In this document: piece by piece, positions 21,601 to 33,180 of the stretch
How positions within the stretch are numbered: the stretch's first letter is position 1
Layout of the letters: every line of letters starts with the position of its first letter
Origin: Saccostrea cucullata
Lineage: Eukaryota
Direction: 5' to 3'
Assembly (NCBI RefSeq): GCF_032062105.1
Contig: NW_026938905.1
Location: 1-64,000, forward strand
DNA length: 64,000 bases
The notes under the pieces: model-generated
What the model was told of the DNA's origin: nothing
What the model saw: only the letters and a program-made list of their open reading frames with translations
The model's database searches: none
Made by a program: the position numbers and the translations under genes

Positions 21601-24600
21601 AGGTCCTTCTTAAAGGGTCCATTGTTCTTGTCTTATTTTGGTTGCGGCCATCTTGCTTGGTATGAAGTAGCAAATTAATCATTCTTAAGCATGTATTTGT
21701 ATAACATTCTTAAGCATGTATTTGTACAACATTCGTAAGCATGCATTTGTATAACATAAATAGATTTTTTCCCCTTTTCTTTCAATTTTATACCTGATTT
21801 TGAGTTTAGTGAATTAATTGTATATTCATTTCTGCTATACAAAAAGATCATGCAGGATCATAAAACATACTCTTATTTAATTGATGATGACAAGTGTTTT
21901 ATCGTGTACGCTAGATCGACATCTTATTAATAATATGATCAGCGTTAAACGAGTTAACTAAGTTTCCTGACCCTGAGACCAGAAAGTACAAAATATTTTT
22001 ATTTACGAAAGTGTTCATCTATATTGCTTCCTCTTGCTTTGTTTTTCTCAGATATTTGTCTGCCTAGCGGTGGCGACAGGTTGCGGACTTCTTTGCGTTG
22101 TGTTGGCCATCTTGTGTGTGACGCACGTCCTTCAGCCAATCACAAACCTCGACTCATGTACCTACATCAAGCAGGATTCGGTTTGTGAATGTATATCGTC
22201 ATATCGGAGAGACGGCCTAACTGTAGAGTTTCTCCCTGCTGGTAAGTCATAGGCGGATCCAATTAAACAATTTTTTTCCAGATATTATTATATACATGTA
22301 TCTAGTACCTTAAGTAAGTTAAAGTATATGTAAAACTTTTTTTTATTCGTTTAATTGCAATAAATTGTCAGATTTAATACGTTTGCTTAATTGATGAAGA
22401 TATTTCTTCTTATTTTATAGAAAAAGATAAAATAAAGTTTGAGAGAAGCAACAGTTGTGAGGACATTGAATCCCTACTTCCGGTACTTTTATATGCTGAG
22501 TGCGCCCTCTATCTGTGTATATTCATCGTGTGTACCATTGTCGCTGTCCTGTCATTCCTCATCATAAAGTTAGAGAAAAGAAACATTTTAAGGGTAAGAT
22601 TCCCCCATACTCTCCCCCCTCTGTAAATTGCATTAATTTTTTATTTTCTCGAAGTGAACTTTTCGAAAAACCATCCCATATTTATTAACTACAATAATAT
22701 TAAAGCAATGTCTTTAATTTATAATCGGTTTAGGTATTTGTTTGATGTTAGATTTTTAAGCCATGATGGTAAAATCCTTTGCATTTTACTGAAAGTATAC
22801 CACAAAGGACAAGTTCTACGTGCCGCAGTAGTTAGAGCGTCTGTTTTAGAGCCGTGGAGCAAGGAGCTGACCCCTACGTCAAGGGTTGGAATCCAACTGT
22901 AGACCGGTCCTATTAAGGATAAGACCGTATAACACCGAGGTCCCGTGTCGCAGTAGGTGCTGACACGAAAAAGATCCCTCCCTGCTCAATGGCCCTAAGT
23001 GCTGAACATAGGTCAGAATTGTAGTGGTGGCGTCTCAACATGCATGAGTGATTAATTTTCAAGAGGGATGTTAAACATCAAACAATCAATCAATCCAATA
23101 GAACGACCGAGGCAATGCGAGCTGAAATTCCCGAGAGATGCCTCTTACTTAATTTAATTACCCCTTTACGTCTTAATTGAAGCCTTAATCCAGTGTCACA
23201 ACACGTAAAAGCAATGTTGCTTCCGGCTAGTTCAAATCCCCAACTCTCCTTAGAAAAGTACATGTATATTTGAAAGTTAACCTCAAAAATATTATGAAAA
23301 ACATCTTACGCTTCATTAGTCATTTATATAGTTTAAAAACAATAAAACAAGTAAAAGGTTGCATTCAGATATCAGTCTCAACAAATGTAACGAGAACAAG
23401 CATACATTATACATTGTATAATCAAGAATTTCACAAAACTTCAAACAGAATAAAAATCTGTCAAAATGAAAACCGGAAGTAGAATTTAGTAGAGCTGCCA
23501 ACCGGAAAAGGAAGATCGATGTGAGCCTGCGCTGAGTATACTACCGTGTATGTTGATTCCCGGCCGAGAGCGCACCCTGACGATGTCTCCGTTATTCAAC
23601 TGGGCCACCACCACCCCCGTTGTCATGTGGTACTCACTGTTCTGTTGACTGTCCGTGATTACGTTTCCTGAAACAGTTATTAATTAAGCTTAATGAATTC
23701 CCTCAGTTGTATATCGGGTACTAGTATTTCTGCGAAAATCACATATCAGATTAGACATTTCTTGTTAAAAATGTAGAGGAATCATGTGTATACAAGTTTA
23801 TGAATTATACATCGTATTATTTACGAATTCTCATTTATCTGATTATCATTCACCAAACCCTGAAACATACATGTAAATTACGGCACGGAAATAACAAAGA
23901 ATATAAAAAAAATAAATCTCTAGGATCATCTTTCGATGACACACCGCCTTCATATAGGTACTTGACCTCCGTTGTGGCGCTTAAATTGTTTTTATCTAAT
24001 AGCTACATGTATTTGCTCCACTTACCAAGTGCAACAGAGTTTACGGTGAGTTCCGAGAAAACATATGAGTTAGAGTCAACAGTGATAGTCCAGGTAAACA
24101 CGTACGTCCCGGCATGAGGGGCTGTGAAAACTCCCGAGGTGTTACTGTAACCGGAACCGACGTTAGTCCGGATGTTATCGAAAACGAAAGTGGTATCCGG
24201 GTGAGGATACTGCAGGTTGTTGTTCATGTAAGCATAGAAAGCATTATGAGTTGATCCTTGACCTAATTAAAGAACAAAATATTATATGTTAGAAACGATG
24301 TAATATTTTCTATGGTATATATCTTAAATTAGCCTTTAGAAGAACAGAACATGCAGTCAAAGCACAATAAACTATACCGGCATATTTTAAAAGGTTACTT
24401 TTGGTCTTACTGTTAATTATAAGTAAACTGTCTTCAACATGACCTGAAAAGATTTCGACTAAGAACATTGATAGCAGAGGTAGTCAAATAACTGTTGTAA
24501 ATGACTCAAATATATCGAAAGAAAAGCACATTTGTGAATAATATACATAAGACATAAGACAATTACGTTTTGTCAGTCCTACATGTTCGTGTGTTTGCGA

Positions 24601-27330
24601 GTCGCACTTGTCAGATAAAGCATGGATCTCTGCCCTCATTTCATTCGCCTCTTTTCGTCCTTGAATGGCGGCGGCTTCCAGCTCCCTCACTCGACCTTCC
24701 AGCTTCTGAATCGTCATCAGCAACCGACCAATCAGATCTTCGCTTTGGTGGGATCCCGCCTCATCCGATCCGCGTGCTAATGCCACGAAAATGAGAACAC
24801 AAAAAAGAGTGGCTGCAATATCGCGAGGTCCCATGTTCAAAAAATGGCTGACTGCAATGAAACTGCCTTATCGGGGATCACTAACCTAGTCCTGTCTGCA
24901 AAATGTCTGTGTCACACATAGCTTATATAGACCAAAGTGCCCGTAGTCCGTTTGGAAAGATAAGAACAATAGTCCATATTGCAGTACTAAATACACTATG
25001 TAGATTATAAGCAGGAATTGCTATTGACGATATTGCGACTGTTATTGTAGGTTTCCATTGTTAATACGTCGTGCTTTGTACCGAATTAAGGGTTCTTTTC
25101 GTGCACAGAACTTGAAATGGACTAGTTACACCATATACACTACAGTTATACCTTACGTTTATGTTTATTTGTACTGACTCGGCTCGGTGACCTTTTGATC
25201 TGCATATGACGTCACAAAATGCTTAGCTGATTTCGTTTACACATACCGGGGGTGCCTTGTGTTTGTCATCCTACATTTTCGCCCCTCCCCCAAAATGACA
25301 ACAGTAATGGCGAGACAGCAATGTTTTTCTAAAAAAAAGTCTTTCAAAATACTTCTTTGATTTCTGAATTTGATATTTTTCAGAATGAAACTTATGAAGA
25401 GATTTTTACTGTAAGCGGAGGGTCTTCGTGCAGTGAAAGTGAGGGCGAACCGGAAGCCGATTCCACTCCAGCATCGGAAGGAAATACCGGACCGGGAAGA
25501 CCGGAAGTAAACAGTCAGCTAGACGGCAGGAACACCTGCCCACCCGGGATCCTTAAAAACCAGGATAAACATGAAATTCTTGTAGACAAGTCTCTCTCGC
25601 GGTCAAAATCGTGCGATTCAATTGATCTTATATACAATGCCTCCGAAAGCGACAAGGTCAAGAAGGGGCGTCTGAAGGAACACAGAAGAAGGGAGCGGCG
25701 TGCGGTCACTCTTAACAACCTCGACTCCAAACAGTTACTGTTAATTTTAGATCTACAGAGAAGGTACCAGGAAGAAACTCGCTTGTTGAAATCTCAGGGA
25801 AATTTGAATATTACTCCGACAGGTGCGACACCTAATGCCGAACTTATTGTGCAAAGAAGGGCAGTAACTCCTCAACCTTATAGAAAACCTAATCCAAATA
25901 CTCTGCCGCGTTCACATACACCACAACCCGGCCCCGTTAGTGGTTGTAATATTAGAATGGGCGAATTAGCTCGCGATCTACAAAACTGTCTTCGGGATAG
26001 AGAATCTGCCACCAAGAGTAAAGAACCTCAGAGGAAAACGGACGGAACGGACGACAATAAACTGGTGCCTCAGAACGACGGTTACGTCCATATGGCTCCA
26101 CGACCAAAGTCACGTCCGTCTGTACAGAAATACTTTCTACCACCACAGCCAATACAGAGGTGCAGGTCCACATCTCCATTTACCAACCCACGCCAAAGAA
26201 AGACTTCTCCTTCCGAACAACTGCCGTCCCAACCGAAATCGCGAACGCTTGATTCGACGACACTGTTGCCACCCGCGCCAATACAACGAAATGGATCCGC
26301 CTTCCAGTTGGTAGGACATCCTGTCGGACCAATGTATAATAAAGGATCCGTCTCTCACGATGTTGTGTTCCGAACACCCGGTGACATTTTCTGCGAAAAT
26401 GCAATCCGGGACAATTTTAAACTATATTCAAGTCCATTTCTCCTAAGAAATACAAAACAAGGGCCTGTTGATTCTGTTTCCGGTTCAACCTTGACCCCGC
26501 CTTATTCCGGTCCGCCCTCATACACGGAATTTCTTTCTAGAACGGATTCTGCTTTGGAATCTGGATCAGAACATATATATGAGACGTACGAAAACATCTC
26601 TGAAACAAAGTCATCATCTAGAAAGGTCTCATCTCCGAAACGGAGTCCCAAGAAAACGAGTGAGACTGTTCAAACGACAGAAAGTGAGGACGACGTGTTT
26701 CTTCCTGTTAAGGCTTCAACAGGTGTCGCAAATTCCTCCCCCTCCCAGCCTTATATTCCCGCGTATAACGACTCTAGTCGTAGACGAAAACCAAAGAAAC
26801 GAAGTGGACGTCAGAAACAGGCAGCCAATGATGTTGCTGTTTTCAATGGTCACGTGACTCCTTCTAAGATCACAACAGAGTCACGTGATTTCATTCATCA
26901 TCAGAACCCTACAGAAAATGACAATGTATATGCAATTAGTGCCAAAGCAAGAACTAAATCAGCAAACACTGACACCGACTGCGAAAGTTCTAGAAAACTA
27001 AGCACAAACAATTTTTCAAAAATGCCCTGTAGTTCAGTCAGTGCATCGGAAGAGAAAGTAGATGGAAAACAGTTGTCAGAGAATGAGACAAGCTGTACAA
27101 AGACAGGGAAATATCACACAGGTTATATAATCGGAGTAAGAGGTTATTCCAAACGTATGTCTGAGAGTTCCGGGTGTACGTACGAGGATGTGGAAGAATC
27201 GTCAATAGGAGTTTCAAGCCAAGCATCTCTAATCTCGAGCAGTGACGAGATAACACGAGAATTCAATAGAGCAATAGACGAGATTCACCCAGGTCTGGGC
27301 GATCCAAGGGTTCTGGAGACTATGATTTGA
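15602..27330 (+). CDS. Four-TM CD20-like membrane protein with long disordered PPxY tail, FAM189/ENTREP-like (~856 aa, 5 exons)
   Basis: Exons 15602-15805, 21603-21659, 22052-22241, 22421-22593 and 25384-27330 with phases 0,0,1,0, all GT/AG. Four hydrophobic helices. A Cys loop lies between TM3 and TM4 (SCTYIKQDSVCECIS...NSCEDI). The Ser/Pro-rich tail contains TPPYSGPPSY and the protein ends ETMI. Family assignment is from architecture only. Confidence 0.8.
17643..19157. mobile_element. Non-autonomous DNA transposon with perfect 86-bp TIRs (Mutator-like if GG..CC ends with 10-bp TSD)
   Basis: 17643-17728 is the exact reverse complement of 19072-19157. Flanked by ACTTAACAAT at 17633-17642 and 19158-19167. 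An alternative reading gives TG..CA ends with an 8-bp TSD CTTAACAA. Confidence 0.9.
19733..20090 (+). mobile_element. Hairpin-ended element, copy B
   Basis: TTTAATT (19733) with ATTGG at 19761. Hairpin 19934-20089: TAAGGAATGA...TATAAACCGC-TTC-GCGGTTTATA...TCATTCCTTA. Confidence 0.7.
21681..21755. repeat. 25-bp tandem repeat x3
   Basis: ATTCTTAAGCATGTATTTGTATAAC units at 21681, 21706 and 21731. Confidence 0.9.
22820..23097 (+). mobile_element. tRNA-derived SINE (different head, same 3' part as the 5835 SINE)
   Basis: Head GTAGTTAGAGCG...GGGTTGGAATCC. Shares CCGTGTC...CTGCTCAATGGCCCT.AGTGC.GA..ATAGGTC and the (CAAT)n tail. Confidence 0.75.
23486..24834 (-). CDS. Secreted C1q-domain-containing protein (signal peptide, coiled coil, gC1q; 228 aa, 3 exons), nested in intron 4 of the 4-TM gene
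   Basis: Exons 24834-24567, 24262-24026 and 23667-23486, phases 1,1. Motifs AFYAYM, FVFDNIRTNVGSGYSNTSGVFTAPHAGTYVFTW, GVVVAQLNNGDIVRVR and SSFSGWQLY* are hallmark gC1q. The N-terminus has a hydrophobic signal and the heptad LLMTIQKLEGRVRELE. Confidence 0.93.
24923..24929 (-). promoter_or_regulatory. TATA box of the C1qDC gene
   Basis: TATATAA on the minus strand about 90 nt upstream of the ATG at 24834. Confidence 0.55.
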
Positions 27331-27799
27331 CGCATGTGCATTGTTCAGTTCCTTTCTGGACTTCCTCGTATATGATCATACTGTTTAAAATATTTCTTAT
27401 AATAAATTCCTATATGTGAACAAATTGATACGAGTAATTATAAGGGGAATCGGGTGTTTAAGGAATAACAAGAACAAAAACCTATATTTTGATATTCATT
27501 ATAGTATACGCATGAATGAGATTGAAAAATACCCGTATGTACATGTAAATGCTTTCGATCTCTCTACAAGTGACATTGTGAATATTTGTGTTCTGTTTAC
27601 AATACACTGTTTATTATACACTATGGATGTGAATGTGTTCAGTCAGACTTTATGACGTTATTTTTCTGTTTTACCATTATAGATTTACTTTTGTAATGTA
27701 GTTATATCATTTTTGCGACCGACATAGAAATAAAATTTAAATTCTTGTATCAGTTGTCGAATGTATTTTCTGTAAAAAAAAAAAAGTATTGACCGAAAC

Positions 27800-27973
27800 A
27801 CAGTGAAACCTGTCTAATCCAACATCCACTGGAAGAGACATTTTATGTCGGAATAGACAGTGTATCGGATAAGTCAATGTACAAAACAAGGGGGGATTTG
27901 AAATGAAATTTAACGTCGGAATACACAGAGTGATGTATTATACAGGTGTCAGATTAAACAGTTCTCACTGTAT
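27800..27973. mobile_element. MITE (CAGT..ACTG, Tc1/pogo-like)
   Basis: Ends CAGTGAAACCTGTCTAATCC and AGATTAAACAGTTCTCACTG, with internal GTCGGAATA repeats. Confidence 0.65.
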
Positions 27974-28029
27974 TAAGGGACATTTTAATGTCAGAATATT
28001 CTAATTGAACAAAATGGGTCAGTGAAACA

Positions 28030-28185
28030 CCTGTGTGCTACCAGCAATAATGGTGAATTATGGGTTCGTGTAGCCAGTATCGGAGATGAGGATATTTCAG
28101 TTAGACCACGTACAAGGATAGGAACTGTGTCTAGATGTGAAGTTGATACCAACAGATCAAATATCGGATTTAATCGAGTCGGCAT
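28030..28185 (+). pseudogene. Possible Gypsy pol fragment (protease-RT linker)
   Basis: GELWVRVASIGDEDISVRPRTRIGTV resembles the VRV.N.GDED..L.PRTR.G linker I associate with metazoan Gypsy pol. Isolated fragment with no LTRs seen. Confidence 0.3.
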
Positions 28186-29524
28186 ATTATCCATAAAAAG
28201 CCAAAATTGAGTTCAAATTCTCCTGGAGTCCTGAATAACTGGCTGCTTTAAAAGGAGGGGGTCCAGCCAGGCTTCTCTTTTGTATCCAAAGTATATGAGA
28301 TTTAGTAATTATTTGGGGTGCCCTACCCAGTCCCCCTCTTCTTTTCACACCAACTTTTTATTTTATAGATCTCTGAGTCAACCTTTTTAAACAATGGTTT
28401 CAGCTTTGAAAAGCCGGCATTACAAGTGTAGCTCTTTAAGAGGCCCTGTCAGTAACCATTGAGATTTACATGGAAAGTAAAAAATTTTGAATTGGGCAAA
28501 AACCACCCTAAAATATTTGAACAACAACAAAAAACACATTTAAGACAAATGTTACAAATTTATTCATCATCATTGGTTTCCATGGCAACAAATGTGATTT
28601 GCATAGTAAATTCTCAATGAAACATTGTAAAATAATACAAATTTAGACATATTTAAATGCAGAGGAGGGAACAATTGGAAGGTCTAAATTTGTTTTCTTA
28701 TACTGAAATAATGAAAGATGCATCAGAAGAAAATATCTTCATGTCTGTAAGTATTTTCAAAAATTTTGATATGGTTGCTATGGCAACCGAAAAATGACAA
28801 GGTTTTCATGATGGGAATATCCATGGAAAATTAAGTTTTTTCAAAAGTTGAATACTTAAAAACGCAACAACCGTAGATATTGTATGTCATACAAAGTTAA
28901 AGATATATCCCAATACTATGAAATAATAAAATAAAAATTGGTAGTCGGATGTCCCAATTTTTTTTTTCAGAAATCAAAATTTGCATTTTTTCAAAACACT
29001 TTCAATGGATTTTCGCAAGTTTTGACAATTTTTTTTAAATATTACAACAGATATTTAATAGTTAGATGCCATATCTACAGAAACATAGTACTTTAGAAAA
29101 AACTCCATAAAATGTATGACTTTTTTACAAAACAATAGGAAAAGTAATCTCCATAGCAACGGAATTTATACCCTAGCAACTGACTTGACTAGGATCGGCA
29201 AAACATGAAACATACACCCAGGAAATTAAAGCCTCTCAAGTGGAATATTTGGGTCATGGCATCCTGATCAACTGTCAACTATACTGTTGTACTTACCCCA
29301 TCATATAAGTAATAATAAGTACCATTGCTCTACAAATTCTAATAGTTATACAATATAGTCAGAATGTGGACCAAATACGCAAAAACTTGACCATATATGA
29401 CATAACAAAAGCTGAAGTTATATGTCAAAATGACGCAATGTTCAACCCAAAGGGACTCCAATGCTGTCTACTGGCTAATTTACATTGCTGTACCATGTTT
29501 ATTATTCAAGTTATAAACCTAAAA

Positions 29525-30841
29525 ACAACTAGAACTGTCCAAATGGGACAAAATACCCCCCCCCCCCGCTGGGTTTTTCAGAAGTTCTAAATCATGAATA
29601 TTTTATGGATCGAAGAGAAGAGAGAAAAGCTAAAACATTTTAGTGCAAATGTAATTGCTCATTAATTTTTTTTATAAATGAAACGAAGGTGCAGCCTAAA
29701 AATAGACTAAATGTATGGATCACACATGAATTATGAATTTTTTTTTGTCAGTGACCTTGAACTTGCATAAATGACCTTGGTTTAAAGTCATGACAAGTTC
29801 TCAGGTCAAAGCAATGTTTGTGTAAAATGGGAACCTTCTAAGTTTATCCATAAGAAAGATATGGACCAGACATGAATTATAATTTTTTTACTGTCTGTGC
29901 CCTTGAACTTGGACAATTGACCTTGGGTCAAAGTCATGACACACCCTTATGTCATAAGAAATCTTTGTGTAAAAAAGAAAGTATCCAAGTTTATCAATAA
30001 GAATGATATGGACCAGGCACAAATTATGAAGTTTTTCCTTTCAGTGACATTAAACTTACACAAAGAACCTTGGGTCAAGGTCATGACACATCCTCAATAC
30101 AATAAGCGATTTTTGTGTAAAACAGGAACTTACCAAGTTTTTCCATAAGACAGATATGTACAAAACATGAATTATGAACTTGTTGCTTTTATAACCTTGA
30201 ACTTGCATAGATAACATTGCATCAAGGTAATGATACACCCTTAGGTTATAAGGAATCTTTATGTGAAATAGGAACTAACCAGTTTACCCATAAGCAATAT
30301 ATGAACCATGCACATATTAAGAAATTTTCCTTTCAGTGACCTTGAACTTAAATAAACTTTGCTGAAGGTCATAACACACCAGGTCATAAACCCTCTTTGT
30401 GTGAAGTAGTAGATTCAAGTTAATCCAAAATAAAGATATGTGCCAAACATGAATTTTACAATTTTTCTTTTAGTGACCTTGAACATGCACAGATGACCTT
30501 GGGTCAAGGTCATGACACACCCTTAGGTCATGAGGAATCTTTTTGTAAAATGGGAACTTACCAAGTTAATCCATAAGAAAGATATGGAACGGACACAAAT
30601 AATGAAATTTTTCTTCCAGTGACCTTGAACTTCCCCAAATGACCTTGAGTCAAGGTCATGACACACTCTTAGGTCATGAGCAATCTTTGTATGGAGTAGT
30701 AGATTCTAATGTTCCTCCGTAAGAAAGATATGGACCATACATGTTTGCACAGCTAGACAGAGGGACGGACGGATAGACAGATAGACAGACAAGCTGATTC
30801 CTATATACACCCCCCCAAACTTCGTTTACAGGGGGTATAAT
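29525..30841 (+). mobile_element. HINE/Helentron with a ~146-bp tandem array (~7 units)
   Basis: Start AACTAGAACTGTC...ATACCCCC. Units contain GTGACCTTGAACTTG...GACCTTGGGTCAAGGTCATGACA at about 29751, 29897, 30044, 30191, 30335, 30473 and 30619. GACA/GACG microsatellite, then the CCCCCC-AAACTTCGTTT-AGGGGGTATAA end. Confidence 0.85.
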
Positions 30842-31029
30842 GAGAAGTCGTGCCTGTTAAACACAAGACGACCTTATACTTATTCAAATGAAAATAAACC
30901 TTAACATCAGCAAGGCTTGTGAAAATGTAGTTTACAGCAACTTTATATTTCAAGTTTTATCTTATTTTACTATCAAAGACCAATCAACTGGTCAAATATC
31001 AATGCTCACTAAAAGTATCACAGATATAA

Positions 31030-31190
31030 ACGTAAAACAAGAGTTTTCCATTGAAAATGTGTGTCTCAGGAGTCAGGAATGACATATCAAATTGTGACAG
31101 ATAGATAGACTGATGGTCAGCTAGTCAGACTGACAGACAATGGAGAAGTGATCCCTAGGAGTCCCCTTGCTATGCAGGCGACACAACTAG
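31030..31190 (+). mobile_element. Short HINE remnant
   Basis: AAACAAGAG start, TGTGTC subterminal motif, GACA microsatellite, and the 3' hairpin CTTGCTATGCAGGCGACACAA. Confidence 0.55.
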
Positions 31191-31289
31191 GCACCATTAC
31201 AGCATATCTTGTACCTGATTCTGAGACTGAATTTTTTCTTAAGTGTACAGTCAAATATTTTACAGAAATATTTTGCTAGAAATAATAAT

Positions 31290-31518
31290 ATATCATATAA
31301 GTGGAAATTTTAGCGAGATGCAAATTTAGCGATTTCTACCAAAGTCTGGTATTTTATTTTTAGCCAGAAGTAATTTTAGCGATTTTAAAATGTTTACTAA
31401 AGAAGCTATTACAAATAATAAGACATTAATTTTTAGCAATATTCAATTTTAGCGATGTCAGCACCATCTCTAATAATGCCAAAATTAAATCCTCGCTAAA
31501 AATTCTACTTATACAGTA
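31290..31518. mobile_element. MITE, reverse copy of the 8043 family
   Basis: Ends TATAAGTGGAAATTTTAGC and AAATTCTACTTATACAGTA, with TTTTAGCG repeats. Confidence 0.7.
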
Positions 31519-31910
31519 TGTTCTTCAGAGTACATTTATGCACAATAAACAAGAAGTATGACACATTTGATTTTAGATATTATCTATTTTAACCAACTAG
31601 AGCTAGAGCAGTATAATCCAAGTGTTGTCCACAGACAGATGGACAAACAAACAGGGTGATTCCTATATCCCCCTTCCAAAAACTTTGATATCAAAATCTT
31701 AAACTTAGTAAGAAAATGTTTTTTAGTTCACTGCTTTAAGAGCCATATCAGAAATCTGATTCAAATTGTTCATGTTCCCTTCAGCTGTCAAGTCATTTTC
31801 TTCACAGTCAGTGTTAGACTTCTGCCTTTTCACCAATGGCATCAAGATACATAATCAAGGTCTTCCTCCTATGTAATGGACTATCTTCATGCTCTTGAGA
31901 ATCCTGGCAT

Positions 31911-33180
31911 TCAGATGACTTTCACAAGGTGTTTGGAAAAGTTGTCGTCTGAAGTTGATTCCACCTACAAAAGAAAGATACAAAATCAATCCAACTAACA
32001 ACTTCATTTAAAACAAGTTCATTTTGACACAAATAATACTCATGCTGAGACAGTGTTTCACAGCCCTGAGCCAAAGTCACACCTTCAATGTCAAGGTCAA
32101 GGTAAAATTTGATGGAGTTTTCAGGTCTGTATTTCTATATGCCTCATGGAACAGCTTCATACTTGGCATACAATGCTCCTAATGATAAGGTGGTGTGCCA
32201 TGACCCTAACTCAATGTCAAACTTCAATGCTAAGGTCACAGTAGACTTCAATGAAATTGTCTTATCTGAAATGCATTTCATACCTGCCTCAAAAGCACAG
32301 CTTACATGACACAAATGTGCCTCGTGATATCAGTCTTTAACAACCTTTGACAGAAGACCAGGTGAGCAATATGGGCCCATTTTAGGCTTCTTGTCTGGGT
32401 TTAAAATATGAAGTTCATAGGTCAAATGGATTTAAGTTATTGAGTCACAATCCTTTCAAGTTTGAAGTTTCCAGGACATATAGCATTTGAGTTATCTCTC
32501 AACAAAGAAATGGATGAACAAAGTGATTACCGGTACTCTTTGAGGCTGGGCTCTTAAGAACAAGCTGATGCTCAAAGTAGTTCTAAACAATTCAGTACAT
32601 GTAAAAAATTCAGTACAAACCTCTATTTGTTCCATATGCTTTGAATCTGGTTGTACTTCATGGTTATTTGGTAGTTCACATAGCAGCTCATCATCATCAT
32701 GATTCTCCTGAAAGTATTTCATATCTGTTTACAAATTTACATGACCCTACTGCATATAGTTGCTGATTCTTTATAATAAACAAGCTGATGCTTAAAGTAA
32801 TTTAAAGCAAGATAAGTTTGTGAAACAGTATGCCCCCAGCGTCAACAAATATAGAAAAGCTAGTTTTAGCAAAAAGATCAAGGTCTAAAGGTTACTGATG
32901 TTGGTGTAATCTAAAAGAACTTAATTAGTGGATTATGTATACCAAATATGATCTCACAGTTCAAAAGTCATGGTAAAGGTTAAAGCTGACAACAGATAGA
33001 CAGAAAGGACAAACAAAAATATGTTCATGCTCTTTGGGCATAATAATTCAGTACATGTAAAAATTTCAATACAAACCTTTATTTGTTCCACATTAATTGG
33101 ATCTGCTTGTACTTCATGGTTATTTGGTAGTTCACATTGCAACTGATCATCATCATGATTCTCCTGAAAATATTTTAGAC
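31911..33180 (-). pseudogene. Gene fragment with a duplicated 104-nt exon and a short terminal exon (acidic peptide, unidentified)
   Basis: Exon copies 33180-33077 (LKYFQENHDDDQLQCELPNNHEVQADPINVEQIK) and 32724-32621 (MKYFQENHDDDELLCELPNNHEVQPDSKHMEQIE), each with an AAACAG| acceptor and a |GTTTGT donor. A downstream acceptor TTTGTAG| at 31964 gives VESTSDDNFSKHLVKVI*. No upstream exon was found. Confidence 0.45.

Noticed and set aside
25357-25383. Start of the 657-aa ORF as an independent gene
   Set aside because: The start is TTG inside a polypyrimidine tract. The CAG acceptor at 25381-25383 joins it in phase to upstream TM exons.
25515-27256. Short antisense or alternate-frame ORFs over the large exons (also 41124-41732 and 56739-57839)
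   Set aside because: Shadow ORFs of GC-richer coding sequence with no motifs.
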